This document shows positions 24,576 through 35,810 of a stretch of 64,000 nucleotides of DNA, piece by piece; position 1 is the first letter of the stretch; each line of letters begins with the position of its first letter. The stretch spans positions 18,354,001-18,418,000 of the forward strand of contig NC_086118.1 of NCBI RefSeq assembly GCF_963921235.1, in the 5' to 3' direction. The stretch is from Mobula hypostoma (taxonomy: Eukaryota). The notes under the pieces are model-generated. The model was not told the origin of the DNA, did no database searches, and worked only from the letters and a program-made list of their open reading frames with translations. Made by a program: the position numbers and the translations under genes.

Positions 24576-24697
24576 TTCGTTAGAAAAGGCCATACAAAAC
24601 AATTCAAGGGCAAGTGTCATTCTTTTGGAGTGTGCCAGTGCTTAGAGTGGTTTGGATTAATCAGGCTGAGGCAAGATCAGGTTTGGGTGAGGTAGAT

Positions 24698-25874
24698 CAG
24701 CGGTCCCCAACCACCGGGCCGTGAGGAAATGATATGATTTGACAATATGAGCCAGCTGCACCTTTCCTCATTCCCTGTCACGCCCACTGTTGAATTTGAA
24801 CACATGCGAGGTCATTACCCGCGCGTCATCCATGTCAGTGTGGGAAGAAGATCAACTCCTCGAGCTTGCAAACGACAGCGGGCTGAAAAGTATGTTTGAC
24901 ATAACATCTCTGCCGGCATTCCGGATCAAAGTCAAAGCTAAATATCCTGAGACAGCCATGAAAGCACTGAAAACATTGCTTCAATTTCCAACATATCTCT
25001 GCAATAAATGCAACGAAAACTAAATTGCAGAATAGACTGGACATAAGGAACCTCCTTCGAGTATCGCTGTCTCCCATCACCCCTCGATGGGAGCGTCTTG
25101 TTGCTGGGAAACAAGCCCAGGGCTCCCACTGATTCAGCGATATTGGTGTGTTGCAATGATTTTATATGTTCATACGGGGAAAATATGTGCTGTGTGTTTA
25201 ATATCCAAACGTTACTTAAAATGTTATGATGCTATTGACTTATAAGTGACTTAAATAATCATATAACAATTACAGCACAGAAACAGGCCATCTCTGCCCT
25301 TCTAGTCCATGCTGAACATTACTCTCACCTAGTCCCACCGACCTGCACTCAGCCCATAACCCTCCATTCCATTCTTGTCCATATACCTATCCAATTTTTC
25401 TTTATATGATAATATCGAACCTGTCTCTACCACTTCTACTGGTGTTCGTTCAACACTTACTTCAAGCTCCCCTGTCGTCCCCTGATAATTGACTTATCAC
25501 TATATTCATGCGAGGAAAATATTTGCTGTGCGTTTAATATTAAATTCGTTAGATAAACCCTTTTAGAAATGAAATTGAGTGTATTAGCCACTTATCACCT
25601 ATACTCCGGTTGTGATTAGCACCCTCCCCACCCGAAAGAGACGCCAAAACGATTTGCAGAAAAAAATCGGCACGTACACACATGTGCACTGGTGCCCGCG
25701 CAAGGCGTCATGGTCATTGTAGTCTTTCTCTGGGTAAGCACAACGTATTTGACTGCTACTCTTGTCTGTTGGCAACCCTACCCCCCCCCCCCACCCCGGA
25801 TCGGCCGGTCCGCAAGGATATTGTCAATATTAATATTAAACCATCTGCAGTGCAAAAAAGGTTGGGGACTCCTG
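24698..25874 (+). mobile_element. Non-autonomous hAT (Charlie/Buster-type), copy 2
   Basis: TIRs CAGCGGTCCCCAACC / GGTTGGGGACTCCTG; TSD AGGTAGAT / AAGTAGAT; transposase remnant EEDQLLELAND..LPAF..KYPE.AMKALKTLL.FPTYLC; reverse complement of 3109-4312. Confidence 0.93.
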
Positions 25875-26966
25875 AAGTAGATCGCTTTGTAAATTGCTCC
25901 CTCTGTTCTATTTGTTCATTCCTCATCTATTAGTGCATAGTATAATTAAGAATGGCTCCGGGGCAGTGTTTTGTATTGTGTGTGGAATGTGGGAAGCCTG
26001 GGAGGTCCATGCCGGGAGCTGCCGCTCTTGAGAGAGTGTATTAGGGAGCGGGGTCTGCAGCGTGATGACTTTCGACTCATATGGGAGGAGGAGGGAGTGA
26101 TAGGAGCTACAATGAGGTAGTCACCCCTAGGTTGCAGGAGACAGGTAACTGGGTGACTGTCAGGAGAAGGAGGGTAAATGCACTGCCTGTGCAGAGTACA
26201 CTTGTAGCCATTCCCCTTAATAATAAGTACACAACCTCAGATACTACTGAGGGGGACAACCTATCGGGGGATCACTGCGTCTGGTGCTGTGGCTGAGAAG
26301 AGCAGAGAGGTGAAGAGGACTGCAGTGTTGACAGGAGAAGATGAATGTAGATGAGGTTCTGAGGGTGCGATAGAGACACCTGGATGGTACATTTCCTCCA
26401 TGGTGCCAGGATCAGGGATGTATTGGATTGCGTCTGTGGCATTCTTAAGGGTGAGGGTGAGAAGCCAGAAGTCTTGGTACATATTGGCACCAATGACATA
26501 GGTAAACAAGGTGAGAAGCTCCTGAGGGGATATTTTAGGGAGCTAAGTAGAAAACCGAGAAACAGGACCACCAGGGTAGTAATCTCTGGATTGCTGCCTT
26601 TGCCACACACCAGTGAGGGTGAGAATAGGATGATTTGACAGGTGAATCCGTAGCTGAGGAACTAGGGGTTCAAATTTATGAATCATTGAGATCTCTTCTG
26701 GGAAAGGTATGACCTGTACAAAAGGGACGGGTTTCATCTGAACCCAAGGGGGTGCAATATCCTTGTGGGAAAATTGGCTAGGTTTGTTTGGATGGGTTTA
26801 AGCTAATTTGGCAGGGGGATGGCAACTGGAGTGATAATGCTGAAGATAACGTAGTTGATTTACAAAAAGAGGCAATGTGTAGTGAGACACCTAGTGAGAA
26901 GAAGCTGGTGGAGCAAAACTGCAGTCAATGGGATGAGCTGCAATGCAAATGGAGGACAAAAGGTAA

Positions 26967-27433
26967 ATTGAGTTGAATCGACTTTATTTCTTACATCCTT
27001 CCCAAACATGACGAGTAAAAATCTTTACATTACTTCTCCATTTGAATGTGCAATTTATAGTAATTTGTATGTACAAGTCAATGTAGCATTGAAACACAAT
27101 TGTATCAGTGTGAATTAATCAGTCTGATGGCCTGCTGGAAAAGGTTATCCCTGGAGCCTGCTGGCCCTAGCTTTAATGCTGCAGTACTGTTTCCTGGATG
27201 GTAGCAGCTGGAGCAGTTTGTGGCTGGGGTGACTCGAGTCCCCAATGTTCCTTCAGGCCCTTTTTATGCACCTGTCTCTGTAGATGTCCTGAATAGTGGG
27301 AAGTTCACATCTGCAGACATATTGGGCTGTCCACACCACTCAGCAGAGTCCTGTGATTGAGTGAAGTACAGTTCCCATAGCAGGCAGTGATGCAGCCAGT
27401 CAGGATGCTCTCAATTGTGCCCCTGTAGAAAGT
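26967..27433 (-). mobile_element. Rex1/Babar-type LINE 3' fragment nested in CR1
   Basis: FYRGTIESILTGCITA-type C-terminus on the minus strand; (TCAAC/T)-type tail; CR1 resumes at aatacaggact. Confidence 0.75.
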
Positions 27434-28130
27434 AATACAGGACTAAAGCTATTGTATTTGAATGCGCGCAGTATATGGAATAAGGTCAATGAAGTTGTAG
27501 CACAGTTACAAATTGGCAAGTATGATGTTGTAGACACTACAGAGTCATGGCTGAAAGAAGACTATAGCTGGGAGCTTAATGTACAAGGATACACATTGGA
27601 TCAAAAGGAAAGACAGAAAGGCTGTGTTGGTAAAAAATGAAATTAAATCATTAGAAAGAGGTGGCAAAGGTTCGGAAGGTGTTGATTCATTGTGGAACTA
27701 CAAGAGTAAAAAGACCATGATAGGAAGTATGTACTGACCCCCAAACAGTAGTAAGGATGTGGTCTACAAATTACAATAGGAAATAGAAAATGCATGCCAA
27801 AAGGGCAATGTTACGATAGTCGTGAGGGATTTAATATGCAGGTAGGTTGGGAAAATCAGGTTGGTGCAGGATTCCAAGAGTGGGAATTTTTAGAGTGCCT
27901 ATGAGCTGGTTTTTAGAGCAGTTCATGGTTGAGCCCATTGAACTATTCTGGATTGGGTGTTGTGCAATGAACTGGAATTGATTAGAAAGTCTAAGGTAAA
28001 AGAAACCTGAGGGGGAAGTGATCATAATATGATAACAACAGGAATTCTGCAGATGCTGGAAATTCAAGCAACACGCATAAAAGTTGCTGGTGAACGCAGC
28101 AGGCCAGGCAGCATCTGTAGGAAGAGGTGC

Positions 28131-28166
28131 AGTCGACGTTTCAGGCCGAGACCCTTCGTCAGGACT
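28131..28166 (-). ncRNA. Minimal type I hammerhead ribozyme motif
   Basis: AGUC CUGACGA AGG-GUCUCGG-CCU GAAA CG UC GACU: stem I AGUC/GACU, core CUGANGA and GAAA, palindromic ACGU in place of stem III, GUC cleavage triplet. Confidence 0.88.
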
Positions 28167-28719
28167 AACTGAAGGAAGAGTGAGTAAGGGATTTGAAAGT
28201 TGGAGGGGGAGGGGGAGATCCAAAATGATAGGAGAAGACAGGAGGGGGAGGGATAGAGCCAAGAGCTGGACAGGTGATTGGCAAAAGGGATACGAGAGGA
28301 TCATGGGACAGGAGGTCCGGGAAGAAAGACAAGGAGGGCGTGGGGGGGGGAACCCAGAGGATGGGCAAGGGGTATATTCAGAGGTACAGAGGGAGAAAAA
28401 GGAGAGAGAAAGAATGTGTGTATAAAAGTAAGTAACAGATGGGGTACGAGGGGGAGGTGGGGCCAACTGCGACTCCAGCCTTGAACTCCAGGCCGGGTCT
28501 TTATGTGCTGCTATTGGGACTCCCGTCTCCCCTTCCCCCACCAATACTCTGCTATCCCGTCTCCTTCAGATCCCACCGTCAACTCCTGGGCCCTCAGAGG
28601 CTCCATCTTCCTCTCACCCCAACCCTCCCCTCTCCATCGACACCCCCAGCCTCCCCCCTCCCCCCTCTGATCCCAGCTCTCATCCGTGCCGGGTCTTTAC
28701 CATCCCCTCTGACCTTCAA

Positions 28720-30875
28720 ATGTCGGAGGCAGAGCGCTTTGTCCTCAGTAAGGGCCTCACCTTTGTCCCCTTTCACCCACACCTCAGCGAGTTCCGTGTT
28801 CGCCACGATGCGGAACTCTTCCTCCGTCATCTCCGTTTCCGAGCTTACTTCTTCGGCAAGGACTCTTCCACCCCCACCGATGACCCCTTCTCCCGTCTTC
28901 AACCCTCCTCTTCTTCATGGACACCCCGCTCTGGTCTTCTGCCTGCTCTGGATCTCTTTATCACTAACTGCCGACGGGACATCAACCATCTCGACTTCAC
29001 CGCACCTTGTCCCCATTCCAACCTCACTCCTTCGGAACGCTCTGCTCTCCACTCCCTCCGCACTAATCCTAACATTATTATTAAACCCGCCGATAAGGGG
29101 GCTGCTGTTGTAGTCTGGCATACTGACCTCTACCTTGCCGAGGCACAGCGACAACTCGCGGATACCTCCTCTTATTTACCCCTCGATCATGACCCCACTA
29201 AGGAGCACCAGGCCATTGTCTCCCACACCATCACCTACTTTATCCGCTCAGGGGATCTCCCATCCACTGCTACCATAGTTCCCACACCTCGTACTTCCTG
29301 TTTCTACCTCCTACCCAAGATCCACAAACCTGCCTGTCCTGGCCGACCTATTGTCTCAGCTTGCTCGTGCCCCACCGAACTCGTTTCTGCATACCTCGAC
29401 ACGGTTTTATCCCCCCTTGTTCAATCCCTTCCTACCTATGTTCATGACACTTCTCACGCTCTTAAACTTTTCGATGATTTTAAGTTCCCTGGCCCCCACC
29501 GCTTTATTTTCACCATGGATGTCCAGTCCCTATATACTTCCATTCCCCATCAGGAAGGTCTCAAAGCTCTCCGCTTCTTTTTGGATTCCAGACCTAATCA
29601 GTTCCCCTCTACCACCACTCTGCTCCGTCTAGCGGAATTAGTCCTTACTCTTAATAATTTCTCCTTTGGCTCCTCCCACTTCCTCCAAACTAAAGGTGTA
29701 GCTATGGGCACCTGTATGGGTCCTAGCTATGACTGCCTTTTTGTTGGGTTTGTGGAACAGTCTATGTTCCGTGCCTATTCTGGTATCTGTCCCCCACTTT
29801 TCCTTCGCTACATCGACGAGTGCATTGGCGCTGCTTCCTGCATGCATGCGGAGCTCGTTGACTTTATTAACTTTGCCTCCAACTTTCACCCTGCCCTCAA
29901 GTTTACCTAGTCCATTTCCGACACCTCCCTCCCCTTTCTAGATCTTTTTGTCTCTGTCTCTGGAGACAGTTATCCACTGATGTCTACTATAAGCCTACTG
30001 ACTCTCACAGCTATCTGGACTATTCCTCTTCTCACCCTGTCTCTTGCAAAAACGCCGTCCCCTTCTCGCAATTCCTCCGTCTCTGCCGCATCTGCTCTCA
30101 GGATGAGGTTTTTCATTCTAGGACGAGGGAGATGTCTTCCTTTTTTAAAGAAAGGGGCTTCCTTTCCTCCACTATCAACTCTGCTCTTAAATGCTTTTCC
30201 CCCATTTCACATACATCTGCTCTCACTCCATCCTCCCGCCACCCCACTAGGAATAGGGTTCCCCTGGTCCTCACCTACCACCCCACCAGCCTCCGGGTCC
30301 AACATATTATTCTCCGTAACTTCTGCCACCTCCAACGGGATCCCACCACTAAGCACATCTTTCCCTCCCCACCTCTCTCTGCATTCCGCAGGGATCGCTC
30401 CCTACGCGACTCCCTTGGCCATTCGTCCCCCCCATCCCTCCCCACTGATCTCCCTCCTGGCACTTATCCGTGTAAGCGGAACAAGTGCTACACATGCCCT
30501 TACACTTCCTCCCTTACCACCATTCAGGGCCCCAAACAGTCCTTCCAGGTGAGGCAACACTTCACCTGTGAGTCAGCTGGGGTGATATACTGTGTCCGGT
30601 GCTCCGGATGTGGCCTTTTATATATTGGTGAGACCCGATGCAGACTGGGAGACCGCTTTGCTGAACACGTACGCTCTGTCCACCAGAGAAAGCAGGATCT
30701 CCCCGTGGCCACACATTTTAATTCCACATTCCATTCCTATTCTGACATGTCTATCCACGGCCTCCTCTACTGTAAAGATGAAGCCACACTCAGGTTGGAG
30801 GAACAACACCTTATATTCCGTCTGGGTAGTCTCCAACCTGATGGCATGAACATCGGCTTCTCTAACTTCCGCTAA
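28720..30875 (+). pseudogene. Penelope RT-GIY-YIG polyprotein, lightly disabled
   Basis: KPADKG, FYLLPKIHK, MDVQSLYT, GVAMG, RYIDE (canonical YIDD altered); in-frame TAG at 29908-29910 and a nearby frameshift; then CKRNKCYTC and VIYCVRCSGCGLLYIGET endonuclease. Confidence 0.92.
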
Positions 30876-31175
30876 TGCCCTACCTCCCCCTCGTACCCCA
30901 TCTGTTACTTACTTTTCTACACACATTCTTTCTCTCACTCTCCTTTTTCTCCCTCTGTCCCTCTGAATATACCCCTTGCCCATCCTCTGGGTCACCCCCC
31001 CCACCCTCCTTGTCTTTCTTCCCGGACCTCCTGTCCCATGATCCTCTCGTATCCCTTTTGCCTATCACCTGCCCAGCTCTTGGCTCCATCCCTCCCCCTC
31101 CTGTCTTCTCCTATCATTTTGGATCTGCCCCTCCCCCTCCAGCTTTCAAATCCCTTACTCACTCTTCCTTCAGTT

Positions 31176-31211
31176 AGTCCTGACGAAGGGCCTCGGCCTG
31201 AAACGTCGACT
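31176..31211 (+). ncRNA. Minimal type I hammerhead ribozyme motif
   Basis: AGTC CTGACGA AGG GCCTCGG CCT GAAA CG TC GACT. Confidence 0.88.
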
Positions 31212-31669
31212 GCACCTCTTCCTAGAGATGCTGCCTGGCCTGCTGCGTTCACCAGCAACTTTTATGTGTGTTGACCATAATATGATTATGTTCACGCTGA
31301 AATTTGAGAGGAGATGCTAAAGTCAGATGTATCAGTATTACAGTAGAGTAAAGGAGATTACAGAGGCAAGAGAGAGGAGTTGACTAGAATTGATTGGAAA
31401 AGAACACTGGCAGGGATGACGGCAAAGCAGCAATGGCTGAAATTTCTGGAAGCAATTTGGAAGGCACAGGTTATGTACATCACAAAGAGGAAGAACTATT
31501 CTAAGGGGAAGATGACACAACCATGGCTAACAAATCCAACATAAAAGCCAAAGAGATGGCTTATAATACAGCAAAAATTAGTGGGAGGTTAGAGGATTCA
31601 GAAGCTTTTAAAAGCCAACAGAAGGCAACTAAAAAAATCATTAGGAAGTAAAGATGGAACACAAAATAA

Positions 31670-32745
31670 TATTGAAGCGCTTTGTGGGGAGCGTGGTCGA
31701 CAGCCTGCCTCAGTATTCCTAATGGCCAGCGTTATTTATTGTTCTTGGTGTAAAATGTCTTCATGGGATTATGGTGGGCTGTTCACGTTCATTTACTGTT
31801 ATATTTTAGCTTGGGTTATACAGTTATTCGCTTGTGTATTTGTGAATCATCCTGACTGTAACTGCGGTTTGTAATAATCTCCTTCCCCATCTGTATGTGA
31901 CTGAGTGGGTTCTCTCCCTGGGTCATAGCGCCTGATCTGTTTTCATGCTTGTCATAATAGAAATGGTTGTGGAGTTTAACGACCTTCCTCATCTGTCATT
32001 TTGGACCAAATGCTCACCACATTGGTGTCAGGAGTGGAATTAGGAAATGGCACTGAGATTGAAGTGCTACAACGTCAGATAGAGCACAATAAAACCTGGG
32101 GAATAAGTCAATGGCTGGGATCATGCAGGTGGAACTCAGAGGGAGGAACTGGGAACCAAGCATTGTGCTTTCCCGGGAAGCCCTGATGTGGTGGGCACAC
32201 CCAGGCTCCCCAAACCAGGGCACACTGTGGGGTGCATTACCAACCTCCCTTGCAGTCCACACCAGGGAACCCATGGGAGGACAGGCAACGTGGCAGGTAC
32301 CACCGACACTGCCGGAGCAAGAGGAAGACCTCTGGTGGCAATTCAAGCCACATGGTCCACCCTGAAGCTCCCCAGATACAATGGTGCCAGTCGTCTGGAG
32401 CTATGCCACATGGCACAATGGGTGGAGCCCCACCAAGATGGTGGGTGCACGTTGCCTTGGTGCTGGAGGGGAATGCCCTGTGGGTCTTCCTCGACCTACT
32501 GCCAGCTGAGCAGCATGACTACTGGGCCTTCATAGCGGTGCTGGAGTGGCAATCCCAGCAGAGGCCAATGGAAGAAGCAGTGAGGGAAGAACTGGGCAGC
32601 AGTCTGCACTGTGTGGGAGAAAGCCTGGGGGCATTCAGAGCAGACCTCCACCACTGTGCTCAGTATGTCTACCCCCCAGTTCCCTCCTGCAGTCCAGGAA
32701 GAGCTTGCCATCTATGCCTTTGCAAGGTCATTGTTAATGGACCAA
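31670..32745 (+). mobile_element. Gypsy LTR-retrotransposon 5' fragment (LTR part, PBS, gag) nested in CR1
   Basis: LTR ends ..ACCACA at 32021; gag LKLPRYNG, LALVLEG-like HVALVLEGNA..DLLPAEQHDY..GESLGAFRADL..QEELAIYAF. Confidence 0.8.
32023..32040 (+). other. Primer-binding site complementary to the tRNA-Leu 3' end
   Basis: TGGTGTCAGGAGTGGAAT vs expected TGGTGTCAGGAGTGGGAT (17/18), 1 nt after the LTR CA. Confidence 0.85.
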
Positions 32746-33686
32746 AAGCTGACCACAATATTAAAAAGGATAGTAAAAGTTTCTTCAGATAAATAAAGTA
32801 AAAAAAGGGAGGCGGGAGTGGATATTGGATGGCTGGATAACGATGCTAGAGAGTTACTAATGGGGGACAAGGAAATGGCAGATGAACTGAATGAGTATAT
32901 TGCATCAGTCTTCACAGTAGAAGATGCCAGCAGTATGGTGGAAGTTCCATTTCTCTGCGGTCATAAAGTGTGTGAAGTTATCATTAATAAAGAGAAGGTT
33001 TTGAGGAAACTGAAAGGTCTGAAAGTAGAAAAGTCACCTGGACCAGATGGTGTACATCTGAGGGTTCTGAAAGGGGTGGCTGAAGAGATTATGGAGGCAT
33101 TAGCAGTGATCTTTAAAGAATCACTAGATTCTCAAATGGTTCCAGAAGACTTGAAAATTGCAAATGTCACTCCGCTCTTCAAGACGGAAAGAGGCTGAAG
33201 AAAGGAAATTTTGACCTCAGTTGGGGAGATGTTGGAGTCGATTGTTAAGGATGTGGGTTTCAATGTACTTGGCGGAACATGATAAAATAGGCCTTGGTCA
33301 GCATGCTTTCTTTAACGGAAAATCTTGCCTGACAAATCTGTTGGAATTCTTTTAAGAAATAACAAGGATGATAGACAAAGAATTGGTTGATGTTGTGTTC
33401 TTGAATTTTGAGAAGGCTTCTGACAAGGTGCCATATATAAAGCTGCTTAGCAAGCTACGAACCCATGATATTGCAGGAAGGATTGTAGCATGGATAAAGC
33501 AGCTGATTGGCAGAAGGCAAAGAGTAAGAATAAAAGAAGTTTTTTCTGATTGGCTGCCGGTGACTAGTGATGTTCCATTGGGGTCTGTGTTGGGACTGAT
33601 TCTTTTTATGTTATATGTCAATGATTTGGATGATGGAATTAATGGCTTTGTTGAAAAGTTTGCAGATGATCCAAAGATAGGTGGAG

Positions 33687-34010
33687 AGACACAGGAGCAG
33701 AATTAGGCCATCTAGCCCATCAAGGCTGCTCCACCATTTAATCATGGCTGATTCTTTTTTCTCCTCATCAACCCCAGTTCCCGGCTTTCTCCCCCTAACC
33801 TTTGATATCATGTAGAATCAAGAACCTATCAATCTCTGCCCTAAATACACCCAGTGACCTGGTCTCCACAGCTGCATTTGGCAACAAATTCCACAAATTC
33901 ACCACCCTTTGGCTAAAGAAATTTCTCCGCATCTCTGTTTTGAAAGAGCGTCCCTCTATCTTGAGGCTGTGTCCTCTTGTCCTAGACTCTCCCATCATGG
34001 GAAACATCCC
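33687..34010 (-). mobile_element. CR1 3' fragment inserted antisense into the host CR1 RT
   Basis: ORF 33795-34079 (ESRTRGHSLKIEG..FFSQRVVNLWN); inverted relative to 34520-34835. Confidence 0.88.
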
Positions 34011-35017
34011 AGACAGATAGGAGAATGGGCAAAGAAGTGGTAGATGGAATACATTGTCAAGAAGTGTATGGTTATGCACATTGATAGAAGAAAATAAAGG
34101 GTTGACTATTTTCTAAATGAATACAAAAATCTGAGGCGCAAAGGGATTTGGGAGTCATTGTGCAGGATTTTCTGAAGGTTAATTTATAGGTTGAGTCTGT
34201 GGTGAGGCAGGCAAATGTGATGTTAGCATTCATTTCAAGAGGTCTAGAATATAAAGGCAAGGATGTAATGTTGAACCTTTATAAAGCACTGGTGAAGCCT
34301 CACTTGGAGTATTGTGAACAGCTTTGGGCCTCTTATCTTTGAAAGGAGGTACTGAAGCTGAAGTGGGTTCAAAGGAGGTTCACGAAAATGATTCAGCTTG
34401 CTATATAAAGACTTTTTGATGGCTCTGGGCCTGTATTCACTGGAATTTAGAAGAATGAGTGATGAAGCCTAATTGAAACCTATTGAAATGTGAAAGACCT
34501 TGATGGTGTGGATGTGGAGAGGACACTCCTATGGTGGGAGTCTCTAAGACCAAATGGCACAGACTCAGAAAAGAGGGGCATCCTTTTAAAACAGAGATGA
34601 GGAGGAATTTCTTCAGTCAGAGTGGTGAATCAGTGGAATTCTTTGCCACAGGCAGCTGTGGAGGCCAAGTCTATGTATAGTTAAGGCAAAGGTTGATAGA
34701 TTCTTGATTGGTCAAGTCATGAAGGATACAGATGAAAGGGAAGAGATTGGGGCTGAGAGGAAAAAATGAATCAGCCATGATTAAATGGCGGAGTAGACTC
34801 GATGGGCCAATTGACCTAATTCTGCTCCTATATCCTATAGTCTTATGGCAACTAAGCAAAACTTTCATGAAATATTGACTGGGGCTCGCCTGAATTATTA
34901 TATTCCTTTTCTAGGCATGACACTGTGGGAAGTACATCAATGCACTGAAGAGATTTACTTTAACGGTCAGGAATGAAGGTTTGCATTTACACAGAGAAAC
35001 TGCAGATATTGAGGCAG

Positions 35018-35113
35018 GCAACACACAAAATGCTGGGGGAATTCAGCAGGCCAGGCAGCATCTATGGAAGAAAGTACAGTCGACGTTTAGGGCTGAGACC
35101 CTTCAGCAGGACT
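35018..35113 (-). mobile_element. Penelope pLTR fragment with a mutated hammerhead (35078-35113)
   Basis: Core reads CUGCUGA and UAAA instead of CUGANGA and GAAA. Confidence 0.85.
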
Positions 35114-35417
35114 GAGATATTGAAGCAGTTTGCTTTAGTGCAGAAAAGGGAAAGAGACTGGGTTTGATTCAATTTAAGAAGTTTTATGGGGACAGTTCAC
35201 CGAAGGACACTTCAAATCTGAATGATGTTGCATCAGTATATCCCAGAATTTTATTGAGATATATATATAATATGATCAGGCATTACTTCCTGTCGTGTCT
35301 GGAATCAAAGGAAGGTGGCTTATCATTATTTAGCAGGTTAACAAAGCCATGATGCTTGACAGTAAATCCTACAGCAAATCAAAAAAAGACACCTGGATGA
35401 TAATCATACTCAGGTAA

Positions 35418-35810
35418 AGACCATAGACCATAAGATATAGGAACAGAATTAGGCCATTTAGCCCTTGGAGTCTGTTCTGCCATTTCATCATGGCTGATCC
35501 ATTCCCTTCTCAACCCCAATCTCCTGCCTTCTCTCCATATCCTTTCGTGCCTTGTCTAATCAAGAATCTATCAACCTCTGCCTTAAATATGTCCAATGAC
35601 TTAGCTTCCACGCCCACTGTTCCAACAAATTCTACAGATTCAGCACTCTCTGGCTAAAGAAATTCCTCCTCATCTGTGATCAAAATGGGCGTCCTTTTAT
35701 TCTGAGGTCTTGTCCTCCTGTTTTAGACTCCCCTATCATAGGAAACATCACCTAAACATGCACTCTATCAAGGCCTTTTGTCATTTGATAGGTTTCAATG
35801 AGATCCCCTG
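35418..35810 (-). mobile_element. CR1 3' fragment
   Basis: agaccatagaccataagatatagg tail; homologous to 33687-34010. Confidence 0.88.

Larger units (their letters stand above)
28034..31271 (+). mobile_element. Penelope-like element (Neptune-type) with inverted terminal copy of its pLTR
   Basis: RT + GIY-YIG coding region; about 395-bp inverted arms 28069-28464 and 30877-31273; 15-bp TSD TGATCATAATATGAT / TGACCATAATATGAT (28019-28033, 31272-31286). Confidence 0.95.
24096..34850 (+). mobile_element. Full-length decayed CR1 LINE carrying five nested insertions
   Basis: 5'UTR 24096-25950; ORF1 esterase (VLVHIGTNDI, 26384-26638); ORF2 from YLNARSI (27452) via SDHNMI, KSPGPDG and KFADD (33655) to 3' hairpin and tail at about 34790-34850. 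Confidence 0.85.

Noticed and set aside
24790..25130. Domesticated ZBED/SCAND3-like host gene
   Set aside because: Short frameshifted C-terminal remnant between TIRs and TSD; present twice
27831..29154. Long Pro- or Gly-rich ORFs (27831-28544, 28439-29113, 28594-28902)
   Set aside because: Alternative frames of the purine/pyrimidine-skewed Penelope pLTR and 5' region
28069..31273. Inverted arms as TIRs of a DNA transposon or DIRS element
   Set aside because: Interior encodes Penelope RT + GIY-YIG with no transposase or tyrosine recombinase; arms are unequal copies of the 3' pLTR
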